Shown here one piece after another: positions 12,668-26,330 of a stretch of DNA of 64,000 nucleotides. Under the pieces are notes generated by a model, which was given only the letters and a program-made list of their open reading frames with translations, did no database searches and had not been told where the DNA came from. The stretch is from Octopus sinensis (taxonomy: Eukaryota): the NCBI RefSeq assembly GCF_006345805.1, contig NW_021833074.1:20474-84473 (forward strand). The letters are read 5' to 3'. How positions within the stretch are numbered: the first letter of the stretch is position 1; each line of letters starts with the position of its first letter. A program made the translations under genes and the position numbers.

Positions 12668-13849
12668 TGCGTGCGTGTGTGTATACTAGCTTAAGGTGAC
12701 CCGCTCTAGCGCGGGTAAGGGTGTGGTTGTTACTTTCTGTTGCTTCCTTTCTGCTTTTTATCACCACATTCTCCCTTTTTTCTCTCCCCTTTCTCTCTCT
12801 CTTTCCCACTCTCTCACTCTTCATTTCTCTCGGATTCTCCTTCGCTTTCTCTTATTCTCTATCTTTCTCTATCTCTCTCTCTCCCATTTATAAACAACAA
12901 AAGATCTTGAGTAAGTTGAGAAAGAAAATATTTTGAAAGATCAATCATAAATATCAGGCAGTGACAACGGAAAGATCTGCTTCAAGGTAGACAGCAAGCA
13001 TTAACATTTAAAAGGGACAGACGAACTTGCGAGCTGAATAAGAATATAAAAATATTGGAAACCAAAGTTTGAAGGGATAGAATCTGAGGATAGTAGAGTC
13101 ACCATGACTGGCATTTCTTAACCACGGACAGCCATGTAGTGGCAGTTTAACGGCTGGCATTTCTTAACCACGGACAGCCATGTAGTGGCAGTGTAACGGC
13201 TGGCGTAAAATTTTGAACTTGATGTAAAATAAAATTCCTAAACACCAAGTTTTGAAGTGATTCTTTCTCACGACAGTAGACTCACTATGGCAAGCATTCA
13301 AAACTTCTTCATCATGGACGGCAACACATTGACGATTTAAAGGCTGGCGCAAATTTTTTTACCTTGATGTAACAGAGAATTCCTAAACACCTGCTCCTGC
13401 AAATTTTAATCCCCTTCAAGCCCCATTTAGACCTGTTTTCACATTTTGGTTAATATGACCCGATTTCATTCGGGTCTACTCGGGCCACATTTTATAAGAT
13501 GAGGAATTTTGTCCTAGAGGTCACGCCTTTCATTTGAGGAAAAAAATAGTTCCCATGCAAACTCGCCAGCACTTTTAACATAGGTGTGCATATTTTCAGC
13601 TCAACCGACCACATAATGCACACATTATATATATATATATATATATATAAGCATTAAATATATATGTACATATATACGCATTATATATACAAATGTATAT
13701 ATACATTATAAATACATATTTATATATAAAACACACAGACACACACATATATAAATTAACCCAATAAATATCTGATTCATAATATTTGTTCTCATGATTG
13801 AGTGGTGCTTGTGGTGATAATAATTCTCTCTATGAATGCAGACAGACGT

Positions 13850-13880
<31 letters not shown>

Positions 13881-14512
13881 CGAGAGAGAGAGCGAGAGAG
13901 AGAGCGAGAGGATGTGGAAGAAAGAGTGAAGGCGGTGGGGGAAAGATAGTAGACACTGTCAAACGACGTTATAGAGAGAAAGTGATGGAGAGGGAGGAAA
14001 GAGAGAGAGACGGAGGAAGATAGACACATAAAAGAATGAGAGAAGACTTGTCAAAGTGTGCGTTTTTTGCCCTAGTAACCACACCTTACTTCTCTGTCTT
14101 TCGCAAGCCGATTTTTCACATGCGTTCTAACTAATTTTTCCACCGTCTAGGCCTAAAAAAGCCCTTATTGTTGGTTCCCTGTCCTGTTATTCCTTATTTG
14201 TACTGTTTTTTCTACTGTTTTTTCTTCATTTGTATTGCCTTTACGTCCTGTTCTTGTCACTTGTTTTACCCCTCTGCAAAAGAATTTTATTTAATTCCTT
14301 TTGCAGGAAGGATTGTTTCGGCCTGGCCGTGTTCTTCCCTTACCTTCGAAACACGCATTGAGTCGAACCAGGGGCAGCTGATGAAGAGGAATTTCCCTTG
14401 TATTGTTTGTCCTGTACTCTGTTTTTCGTTGTTAAAAGAAGTCCGTTCCTCCTTGTTTGATTTTATGTTTTCGTTTCTCGTTGTGTTCTACTTTATTATT
14501 TGTGGTCCTGTA

Positions 14513-14555
<43 letters not shown>

Positions 14556-14857
14556 TTGTATATATACATATAAATGTAAGTATGTACATATATGTATGTA
14601 TATATGCATATATTTTATTTATTTATTATATTGTTATTATATGACCGAACGCACGCGTCGTTTCTCTTCAAGTAAGTTTTTATATATATATATATACATA
14701 CATACATATATATATATTTGTATATATATATAAAATTTATAAGTGTAAATTATTTAAATAATTTTTTTTTAACTTTTATATTTTTAAATTAGTTTTATGT
14801 ATTGGCTTATGTTTTTCCCTGTTTGATTTGCCTAATAGTGGTTTTATCGCTAATTTA

Positions 14858-14912
<55 letters not shown>

Positions 14913-14929
14913 ATATATATATATATTTC

Positions 14930-15960
14930 TCTGCCAATTCATCTCTTTCCTTTCCAACTTTCACCCCTCTCTTCAATTCACCTCCACCATCTCCAACACC
15001 TCTGTCAACTTCCTTGACATCTCTCTCCGCATCGATCACCCCTCCAGCTCTCTCACCACCACCACCGCCTTTTTTAAACCTACGTTCCCACCTCTATCTC
15101 AACTTCTCTTCCTCCCACCCCTTCCACACCAAACGAGCCATCCCCTACTCCCAGTTCCTCCGCCTCCGACGTTTGTGCAGCCGCGACCAGGATTTCGAGA
15201 CCCAATCTCAATACCTGGCCCGCATGTTCAGACTCCGAGGTTACCCACCCATACTCCTCTCTGATGCCCTCACCCGCGCCCGTCGCATCGACCGCACTAC
15301 CGCCCTGTCTCCTTACCCCCCGCCCACCCCCCAACCGCACCCCCTTCCCCCCCTTTTCCACCCCCCTCTACCCTACCCCTTCGTCGCAAGATACTACGTG
15401 CCTTCCGTCGCCTCCAGCTTGATCCCACCACCCGCCCCATTTTCCCTAACCTACCCCTGTCCTCTTTCAAACGAGCCCGCAATCTGCGTGACCTCCTGGT
15501 CCACAGCACCCTCTCTCCTTCCCCCTCAGCCCCACACGGATCATTCCCTTGCTCTAGATCCCGCTGCAACACTTGCCCCTTCATCACCAACACCACCGCT
15601 GTCACCGGCTTCAACCTGCACACTGTACGCATTAGGCACTCTTTTACGTGCACCTCGTCTGGCCTTATTTACTGCATTAAATGCAACCTATGCGGGATGC
15701 TGTATGTAGGACAGACGGGACGCCGGTTGTCCGACCGTTTCACTGAACACTTGAGGGACGTTCGCCTACACTCTCTTTCTCTCGTCGCACGCCACTTCCG
15801 CTCGGCCGGCCATTCCCTAGATGACATCTCAGTGTTTGGTCTCGCCCCCCACCATGGTCGCCCACTTTCCAGGCTCCACTTGGAGCAACGCTACATCTTC
15901 ACCCTACAAACTACCACCCCACGGACTTAACACAGCCCCCTCCTCTTGAGATCCGTTTTT
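14930..15960 (+). mobile_element. Penelope-like element: RT C-terminal half plus GIY-YIG endonuclease (frameshifted)
   Basis: SVNFLDI, YLNFSSSHPFHTKRAIPYSQFLRLRRLCS, RGYP; LIYCIKCNLCGMLYVGQTGRRLSDRFTEH..VARHF..LEQRYIFTLQT. Confidence 0.9.
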
Positions 15961-15974
15961 TTTTTTTTTTTTGT

Positions 15975-18725
15975 GACACACCACCCCACCCCATCCACCC
16001 ACCTACCTCCCACACGCACACACCCACCCACCTACCTCCACACCCACCCACCCACCTACCTCCCACACGCCTGTTCACACACACACATACGTAGACCCAT
16101 CTACGTACATACATTCACACATTTAATCACACACACTTACAGACATACTAACACACACTAACATACAAACCAACATGCACATACACACACACATACGCAC
16201 ACACATACATACGCACACACATACATACTTACACACACACACACACACAGACATACATACACACATACACACACACATACATACGCACATACATACACAC
16301 ACACTCACACACACACACCGCACGTACATACTTCACACACACACATGCAAACATACATGTAGGCACATACATACATACCTACACATGCACACCCTTACAC
16401 TGAATGCACACACACATACACCTTTTTGCATCCAGGCAGCCCCCCCTCTTTTCTGCTTTCCGGTTTTGGCTGATGGATCCTCGGTTCCCGCGTAGCGGGG
16501 CGTTCGAGGGCCTTTGCGCTCGCGCGCCTTGGCGCGCGCTGGGGGCTTGGTCGGCCCCTTGGGCTTGCGTTGTACTGCTTGTGCGTTGTGTGCGTGAGCG
16601 CGCTTCGTGTGTGTGGGCTTGCTTCGGATGTGCGCGTGCGTATGTATGCATACATACCCACACACTCGCATGCATCCCTACCCACATACATACACGCACC
16701 CTACTCAACCCCACACACACACACACACACATACCTGCACACACACACACACATACATACATACACATACATACCTACTTCAGACATACACACACACAGA
16801 CATACACCCATACACTCACACTCACACACATACACACACACACACATACACACGCACACGTACACATACACACACACACACACCTACATACATACATTAC
16901 ACTTGTATACACACACACTTACATTCATACACACACACACCTACACAGCCATACCCTCACTCAGACACACACATCTACCTACAACACACCACAAACACCA
17001 CGGACACACACCCATACATACATACATCTACACACCACGCCTACACACCATACACACATACATAAACACACACACATACACATATACACACATACGCACA
17101 CACACATATACTTATACACATGCACACACACACCATACATATACACCCATATACATACACACACACATACCCACATACTCCTATACGCACATACATACAC
17201 ACAGACATACACACATACACACTCACACAAACATACACACACACATACTTACACACACACTCACCTACACGCGCACACACATGCATGACAAACACCCATA
17301 CACTCACACTCACATACGCACACACCAACATAAACACGCACACGCACACACACACCTACACTCCCACACACATACACACGCACCTACATACACACACGCA
17401 CGCATACACACGCATACACACATACATTACACACGTACACACACACCTACATACACATGCCACACACACCACACAAACATGCACGGACACACCCAGACAT
17501 ACACACATACACCTATATACACACGCCCACACGCCTACATACACACACATATACACACGCCCACACACCTACATACACACACATACATACACACACATAC
17601 ACGGACACACCCATACATACTTACATACATACACCTATACACACACGCCTACACACCTACATACACACACATGCATACACACACACACATGTACGCACAT
17701 ACACACACATATACGCACATACATATATACCCACACACATGCACACACACACACCATACGCACATGCATGCATGCATGCATGCACACGCGCACACCTACA
17801 CGCATACACACACACACACGCACGTACACATACATACATACACACACGCATACATACACCCATACACATACATGCATCCTACACACACATACATACACAC
17901 TCACACATACATACACACACACACTCACTCACACACCTGTATGTACGCGCACACACATGCACATACACACACTTCCCCACACCCACACGTACATACATAC
18001 ACACTCACACACATACACACACACACACACACACACGGACATACATCTATGCACACACATACATACACACATACTCACATACATTCATCGGACACACTGC
18101 CACCCGGACATACACACAACACACTCACACATCCACACACATACATACTTACGCACATACTCGCAGGCGCGCGCACGCACGCGCTTGCGCCGGTTCGCGC
18201 ACGCATACGCGCCGCAGGCACCTCGCTCTTGGACCCGACAAGACCTCCCGCCCGTTCCTGGGACCGTCGCGTGTCGTTGGGTTTTCCCACGCCCGTCTCC
18301 GCGGGACCACTCTTCCATCTTCCCCTCAGCTGGAGTCCTTTTTCCTTAACCCCCCCCCTTTTTCGTTACACACACGCGCACACATATACACACATTGCTT
18401 AAATATATACATTACTCTTACACACATTCAATCTACTCGCCATTTATACCACCACGACACTGGACACACACACACACTACTACTCAACACACGCTGGCAC
18501 GCTACATACGCCCCCACCCCTTCCCCTCCCTCCCTCCTTCCTCCTCTTTTTCTTACTACTGACCTTTGTCTGCTAAGCTGACCCTGGTCTCGCCCTACCT
18601 CACACGCCTACACACAGACGCACACACTAACACACACATATATATTTTTTTGTTTTTTCATCTCGCCTCACACACACACATACACACACGCACACCGCAC
18701 ACACTCACACATACACACACATCTG
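15975..18725. repeat. ~2.7-kb irregular (CA)/(CATA) tract with two GC-rich islands
   Basis: Directly visible; source of the 294-610 aa His/Thr ORFs. Confidence 0.9.
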
Positions 18726-18739
18726 TTGCGTTACCAACC

Positions 18740-19016
18740 TTGTCTCCACTCTTTTGCCTTTAAAAACCCACTTTGCTCTGTTTTCGTTCGTAACATCCGC
18801 CTTTCACCATGTGCAACTCGTAAACACCAGTCGTCTTTTTTCTCTTTCCCTGTTGCCCGCTCTGGGATCTTTCTTTCCTCTCTCTTCCTTCTTTATGTTT
18901 CCGACGAAGAGCTCCGCTCGAAACGTCATACCTCCCTGCTTCCATTTCCTGAGCGCCTATTAATAATAATACTGTAATTGTTCCATTGTTGTTGTTTTTT
19001 TGTTTCCGTTTGGATT

Positions 19017-19020
<4 letters not shown>
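18740..19020 (+). mobile_element. PLE 3' terminal repeat (pLTR-like) with hammerhead motif
   Basis: GTTT-CCGACGA-A-GAGC-TCC-GCTC-GAAA-C-GTC-ATAC at 18897-18931; tail homologous to 32965-33108; ends in (TA)n. Confidence 0.65.
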
Positions 19021-19083
<63 letters not shown>

Positions 19084-19386
19084 CATTCATACAACTAATC
19101 GTTCACTGAAGAGTTAAGTGCACCAATTACAGGTGTGTAGGAACATCCATACATACGCCTACACGAATACAAACATTAACACGTTCACATATTCTCTCTT
19201 TGTTAGTCATTCGCTGCATTTCTATAAATAGAGCAGATGAGGATGATAGACTTTAAGAGGCACCAACCGAAGAAATGGTGCGACTCTTAGAAGAATCTGA
19301 ATAAAAATGTTAAGTATCTAAGATATTATGTGCCAATGTAACTAACTTATACTAGCATTGCACGTTTGATATTTATATTAAGACTA

Positions 19387-19775
19387 GGTGCAGACATACC
19401 TGTATAGCAACAAGTTAGTTTCTCAACCACATAGTTCGGGGTTCAGTCCCCCTGAGTTGCACCTTGGGAATGTGTTTTCTACTATGGCATCGGGCAGGCC
19501 AAAGCCTTGTGAGTGGATTTGGTAGGTGGAAACTGGAAGAAGCCCATCGTATATATATGTGTGTGTGTGTATGTACGTGTATACCCCATGCCGACTGACA
19601 ACCGGTGCTTGTGTTTTTACTTCCCCGTTGCATAGCGGTACGGTAGAAGAGACCGATAGAATAATTACCAGGCTTTTTTAAAAAAAATATAACTAGTTTC
19701 GACACATTCAACTAAATATTCTTCAAGGCGCTGCTCCAGCATGGCCGCAGTCAAATGACTGAAACAAGAGAGCAA
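19387..19775 (+). mobile_element. SINE family B (diverged)
   Basis: Collinear similarity to 6658-7028 and 54409-54879. Confidence 0.8.
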
Positions 19776-19779
19776 TAAA

Positions 19780-19978
19780 GGTAAGCTGGAAGAATCGTTA
19801 ACATGCTGGACAAAATGCTTAACGTTATTTCGTCCGTCTTTGTGTCCTGAATTCAAATGCGGCTGAGGTCAGCTTTGAAACGCACATCCTTTCATCCTGC
19901 TCTGTTGAGCACCGAGGTTGACATGGTCGACTTACCCCGCCCTAAATATTGCTGGCTTTGTGCCAAAAGCTGAAATCA
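19780..19978 (+). mobile_element. SINE family A (diverged)
   Basis: GCTGGAAGAATCGTTAAC..AAATGCTTA head. Confidence 0.65.
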
Positions 19979-20010
19979 ATATACATCTTTGTGTGTATGT
20001 GTGTGCGTGC

Positions 20011-20085
<75 letters not shown>

Positions 20086-20393
20086 TGCGTGGTCTTGAAG
20101 CTGTCATCTCAGATCAAGTTCGATTTTCACTCTTCCGATTAATTGACTGGATACCTTAGTGCTGGTTGCTGTTTGGAACTTCTCACCTGTACCTACCTAC
20201 CTATATACATGCATATATGCATACTCATAGACTTGTGAGATGATTGGATAGACGGAAGCCGAAAGAAGTCTGTGTATGCATACATACATACACACATACA
20301 TACATACATACATACATACATACATACATACATACATACATACATACATACATAATACATACATACATATATATGTATGTATGTATATGTATA

Positions 20394-20459
<66 letters not shown>

Positions 20460-20720
20460 ATATGTTACATTTACTAATAGTCAAGATAAAACTCTGAGTT
20501 TCAGATGCCGAAGTGGAAATCCACAACACCATCTCTTCGGTTATCTGGCCATCTGAAAAAGTGGCTTGAAGTTGGTAACAATTAATTGGAAAATGCTGTA
20601 TGGTAAACAGGAAATTGACCACGTGGCGGACAGGAATTAAACTAGAAATCGGTAATGTTGTTTGGGGTGGGATGTAGGAAGGAACGGCATGTGCAAGTAT
20701 AAAGTTCTATGAATGTAACT
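20460..20720 (-). mobile_element. Inverted PLE 3' end with hammerhead fold
   Basis: Minus strand AGATAA-CCGAAGA-GATG..CATC-T-GAAA-CTC-A-GAG-TT-TTATCT (20484-20546); lies immediately upstream of, and opposite to, the PLE ORF at 20826. Confidence 0.55.
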
Positions 20721-20825
20721 CCCAATAAATTGGTTGAGTGCCCTTCTTTCTTTTGTCCATTCTGTCGCACAATTGCTCCAAACTCTGTTGAGCGCCATTC
20801 ATAAAGGTTTGACTAATAGTTTGCA

Positions 20826-22350
20826 ATGGAGTATCAACCATTACCGTACTCGTTGAGGAATAGCCAAATACCTCCAAGGAAAATCTCCTTGGCGCGATTT
20901 ACGGAGAAGACGGAAAGGGTCATCAAACACAGACGCTGGAAGGCTTTCTTCTACGAGAATCCATCTACGGATAAATTCGGCTTCGACTCCCGAAAGTGCC
21001 CTCCACGTATGAAAAACCTCGAGAACTTTGAGACTGACCTATGGAACATTGTAAAGAAGGTAGGGTTTCGGTATTATTCTAACCCCTTCCTTAAATCCCT
21101 AAAGGACTATATGACAGCTTGAAACAATCATCCAACATACCCACCCTCGCAGACAAAACAAAGAATATTTACGAAATAAACACTTCCACACACTCAAAAC
21201 TTCTTACAAGTGCCATCACCAAAACATTCAAGAAAATCCGTAATTCCATATACAATGACATAAATACATAAGCAAAAGAGCTAGCCATTCGCCTTAATAT
21301 AGAGGATCGCGTGGACTGCCTCACCACGCGATTAACCCCCCTCCCACACACACATTACACTTAGGGACCATAAGCCTAACTTCCACGGCAATCCCACATC
21401 CAGGCTGATCAGCCCCTCTAAAAGCAAGATGGGTATTATTGGCAAACGTATTCTTGATACTATCAACTCCGATATCAGAAGAGCCACAGAGTTGACCCAA
21501 AGGAACTCCAGCGCAGCCGTGGTCAGCTGGTTCTACGGTATCGAGAATAAATCAACCTGTAGATTCTCCCAGTTCGACATTGTCGACTTCTAACCTTCCA
21601 TATCTAAGCCCCTCCTACTGAAGGCCCTATCTTTTGCTGAGAAATACACCAGCATTAGTGACCTTAACATCAGAATTATCATGAATGCCAGAAAGTCAAC
21701 TCTGGCCCACAACAATTCCTCCTGGGTGAAAAATGAAGGTGTCACATTGTTCGACGTCTCTATGGAGAGCTTTGACGGGGCTGAAATCGTCGATCTCGTC
21801 GGGTTATACATCTTCGATACCTTCAAGAGATGTACCCATCCACATAGATCGGCCCTCTATAGGGACGACGACCTGGCTATCTTAAGCCATATGAACGGGC
21901 ACGCCATGGAGAAGTTCAGGAAGGACTTCATAAAAATATTTATGGAGTTCTGCCTGCCCATAACGGTTGCCATCAACGCTTGATTTCTTGTACTTAACCT
22001 TAGACCTTAGTATGGGAGAGTAATGCCCGCACAGGAAACCTAACGAGGATACAGTATACATCCACAAGAGATCAAACCATCCCCCGCTGTAATTAGAAAC
22101 CTGTTTCCAGGCATTAGTAAACTACTATCAAATATCTCGGCCTATAGAGAGGTCTTTAATAGTACCGCCCCCTACTACAACGATGTTTTGCCAAGGAGCG
22201 GGTTTTTTGAGAAGCTCACGTATGTGGACAAACCCCAAACACCCTCTTCCCATTCCTAAAGGATTAGAAGGAGAATTACATGCTATAACCTTCCCTTTCA
22301 ACCTAGAAGTTTCTACCAACGTAGCTAGGGACCTCTTGTCGTTAAGAAAC
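20826..22350 (+). mobile_element. Penelope-like element, Naiad-type N-terminus and RT (copy 1, decayed)
   Basis: YSLRNSQIP..RWKAFFY..FGFDSRKCPP..FETDL; FDIVDF, FDVSMESFDGAEIVDLVGLY, LYRDDDL; SNHPP. Confidence 0.8.
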
Positions 22351-22546
22351 ATTTCCACATAGGCCATAATATTCTCGTATCTTCCATCTTGCGTCTTTCA
22401 TTTCCCATATACATAACGAACACTGTGAAAGTGATCATGTCTTAGTAGAAAGCTACCAGACATAAACCATTGCTTTTATTATCTAATAACCACAACCAAT
22501 TTCTGATTTTCAGGTTTAAGGTGCTATAAAGTAGCGTGCCACGAAG

Positions 22547-25260
22547 ATGGATAAAATAGATGTTTCGTTAAAGGATAGTAGGAAGGATTATATACATGAA
22601 ATTTTGGAGAAAACCAACTGATTTATACGAAGAATGAGGGGAAAAGCTTTCTTCTTCGACAGAAAAATTAAATCAAATGACAAACCTGAACATGGTAACC
22701 TACTAAGAAGAGTATTCAAATCCAGGAGGAACCCACCATTAACCAATGACTAACCAGATTTGAAGAGGAATTATATAATATGGTTAAGAACGTGAAATTC
22801 AGGAAATATCTTAGGAGGTACAATATACATCAGAAAATTACTGGATGACTTGAAGAAAGCTCCAGGAATATTTGTACAAGCGGGTAAAAATAGTAGCGTT
22901 TACATTGTTGTATAAATCAATATGGTTAGGTAGGAATTACTCAGCAAATGTAGACATATCAATAACGACACATTAAAAAGAATTACTAATACAGGGTTAC
23001 AAATCGCTAGAGATTTAGCTATAGGTGATAAAACTGATCTATACGACCCTAGAAAACCCTAGATTATGCTTAAGGACCATAAACCTAACTTCCTTATTGA
23101 TCCTCAGTTAGATTGATTTGTCCTTCTAAATCCGATATAGGGATTATTAGTAAGAAAATCATTGATGGAGTACTACCCATCCTTAAGTCGAAAACTAGAT
23201 TATCCCTCTGGTCAGATACCCAAGAGGTGGTCGGATGGTTTAAGCTTCTAGAAACTAGCAAGAATATCAAATTCCTACAGCTAAATATAGAGAGTTATTA
23301 CGCCACAATTAACCCGATCGTCCTCAATAAAGCCCTGATTTATAGTATGAGAAATTCTGATTTGTCCCGACGCAAAATAGATATAATTCTTGCAGCGCGA
23401 GCCACTTCAGTAGATTCTGATGGCAGATTTTGGAGTTGATTAGATAGAGAGAATGCAGAAACGTTAGCACTCCGAGCGAAATGCTTAGCGGTATTTCGTC
23501 TACCGTTACGTTCTGAGTTCAAATTCCGCCGAGGTCGACTTTGCCTTTCATCCTTTCGGGGTCGATAAATTAAGTACCAGTTGCGCACTGGGGTCGACGT
23601 AATCGACTTAATCCCTTTGCCTGTCCTTGTTTGTCCCCTCTATGTTTAGCCCCTTGTGGGCAATAAAGAAATAAAAATAACAATGGAGTCATCTGACTCT
23701 GTACAGGTCACAGACTTAGTCGGGATATATATCCTTTCATTAATCCAGTCTTCCTAACAGATGGTCTATATAGGGGTGACGCACTATTTTTTCTGGATAG
23801 AAGTAGTAAAGTACAATTAGAAAGGCATAGAAAACATTTCTTTAGATTAAAAAAAAATTAGGACTAAATATTACTATGGGAAAGGATTATCGTAGAGTAA
23901 ATTTTCTTGATGCAACCTTCTGTCTTGATACTGGATTCTTTGAGCCATTTCATAAGCCAAATAATCATATTAAGTACATAAATGTAGCATCCAGCCATCC
24001 ACCATCGAAAATACGGGAATTAGTTAAGAATATTTCTACAAGAATTTCTAGATTACTCACTGATAAAAAAATTTTCGAATCATATGCACCTTATTTATAA
24101 AGCTGTTTATTTATATATGTGTATAGGGCTGGATACCATAAAAAAATTCAATATATACAAGAAGCAGGCATACACAGCACTGTCAGGTCATGCAGTAATA
24201 ATGCACATTGTACACCATTACAACGTTACGGTATGAGAACATACTGAGATCAAGAATACAGGCCAGGAAAAATTGGTCACGGCAATGAACTACCAACGAA
24301 AACTCATAAACACACACAACACAATAATCCAACTGCTCATAACAGTAAATTGTATCAATTCTGTACAACACACTCGATCACATATGCCAAACAACATATA
24401 TAGGAACGATGATGTCATTATGTACAACCCGATTTTCGGTTCGCATATTTCAACCAAGATCGCTGAATATTTTTTTGCTGCTTTAGACAAATGTTTTCCT
24501 AAATCTAATAAATACCATACTATTTTTAACCAACACACCGTGAAGGTATTCTACGCTAACTCTACTAATTTAGAGCTGTATATGCGCCGCATAAACAATA
24601 GTAAAATGCGACAACATTTCAATAACTCACCTACTGGATCTAGCAAATATGCACAACTAAATACCAATGAAGGAGATATAAACCGTCATGAAAAGCGCCA
24701 AATACTGTCAAATTTTGATAGTAGAAATGATTATTATATAGCTAACGCGGAAACATCGTCGGCAAATGAACTCAGAACTGTCATATATACAAATAAATAT
24801 AATAAATGCTCACGCAGAGAAAAATCAGGATACTCAGTGATGAACCTCTGTATGAGTTCAAATCTTGTATATAAATGCATAGTGCATAAGTGTTTCTTAA
24901 CGACAAGAAGTCCCTAGCTACGTTGTTTACATTGGGCAAACGGCTCATTCACTTAAGAATCGTAATTGCAACCATATCACCAGCTTGAAGAGAATCAATA
25001 AGAGACATTCAACATATTTGGCCGATTCTGTGTGGCGACTGAAGGAAGATAAATTTAAGTATAACATAACTTGGTCCATAGTAAGGCAAGCAAAACCATA
25101 TATCATTTCCAAGAGATGCTAACTTTGCTCCGAAGAATCCCAGTCTATTTTGTGGACCAATGAGAAGATCATTAATAGAATTTCTGAAGGACTCTCAAGA
25201 TGCCTACATGCATATAAATTTACTTTCAAACAATACGGTGGAAATGAATTTGAGTAACTG
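22547..25260 (+). mobile_element. Penelope-like element, Naiad-type, near full-length decayed copy (RT plus GIY-YIG), with SINE insertion
   Basis: MDKIDVSLK..FIRRMRGKAFFF; VNFLDATF..FHKPNNHIKYINVASSHPP; NLVYKC..VYIGQT..WSIVRQAKPY..KRC. Confidence 0.8.
23455..23675 (+). mobile_element. SINE family A, well preserved, nested in the PLE
   Basis: GAGTTCAAATTCCGCCGAGGTCGACTTTGCCTTTCATCCTTTCGGGGTCGATAAATTAAGTACCAG. Confidence 0.9.
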
Positions 25261-25790
25261 TTAACATAATTTACCTTAAGTTATGGATGAATAAGTTTAG
25301 TTTTAACCTCTCCATTCTTATAAACACCAAGTATCTATTTAATTCGCTATGTGAACGTGTATGTGCCAAACCACACGGGTGCGTATGCTAACATCTTTGT
25401 GGGTTCTTGTAGGAGCGAGTTTACATGTGCCATGCAGCTTGCGCGCGGGCGTTTACACATGCATATCTGTTAACGGTTATTTTTGATACTTTTCCCGCTG
25501 CGTTGCGAGTCCGTTTCTTTTTTTCATATGTTATTTTATTATTGATCTTTTATACAGATGAAGATATATCCTTTAATTTGCTGCTTTTCTTTACACGAAA
25601 TGAGAAGATACATCGCGGAACTATTATCTTAACGAGTTATATCTATTTATCACCCAACGAGACATATCTGCACTGTCGGATGCTCCTGAACCAGTTAAGT
25701 GTCCCACCCGTGAAAGATCGATGCTATATGTGTCGAAAACACTGTAGAGATTAATAAAAATGATCATATCTTCCATCTTACATATATATT

Positions 25791-26018
25791 TCTTTACTAC
25801 CCACAAGGGGCTAAACACAGAGGGGATAAACAAGGACAGACAAAGGGATTAAGTCGACTACATCGACCCCAGTGCGTAACTGGTACTTAATTTATCGACC
25901 CCGAAAGGATGAAAGCAAAGTCGACCTCGGCGGAATTTGAACTCGGAACGTAACGACAGACGAAATATGGCTACGAATTTCGCCCGGCGTGCTAACGTTT
26001 CTACCAGCTCGCCGCCTT
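25791..26018 (-). mobile_element. SINE family A, near full-length
   Basis: Reverse complement of the 23455 copy, including the GGCGGCGAGCTGG head. Confidence 0.9.
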
Positions 26019-26070
26019 ACAGATATGTATATATATCTTACATATATGTATATATACACCATCACAAGCG

Positions 26071-26330
26071 AATGATATCCGAGCTATAGTGGAGAAGGCA
26101 AGCCATAGGCTTTGGATGAAAAGTGACGATGAGCAATGGTTTGATGGATACTGAGCGAAGACTAGTAACCCCATGATCTAGCAAGCGGAGCAATATTGCC
26201 GTTGGCAGGAAGGTCTCTAAAAGGTGTGTGCATTCTTTCTTGATGACTACATGAGCTTGCTTTTGTACGGAATGCAGAGTTTTTGACTGGGAAAGCTAGT
26301 ATTTGCAAGACGTTTGAAAATAATTAAACA
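26071..26330 (+). mobile_element. Possible 3' stub of a HERO-like RLE LINE
   Basis: 26071-26154 translates NDIRAIVEKASHRLWMKSDDEQWFDGY*, resembling the AEKASxWLWxKR C-terminal motif; a short match only. Confidence 0.4.

Noticed and set aside
14130-14520. Possible PLE terminus with CTGATGAAG and GAAAC..GTC pieces
   Set aside because: The pieces are in the wrong order or lack a valid core; family assignment cannot be supported.
16404-18581. Long His/Thr-rich ORFs (294-610 aa) that could pass for His-rich structural proteins
   Set aside because: They are translations of (CA)/(CATA) microsatellite, open in several frames at once, with no signal peptide or splice support.
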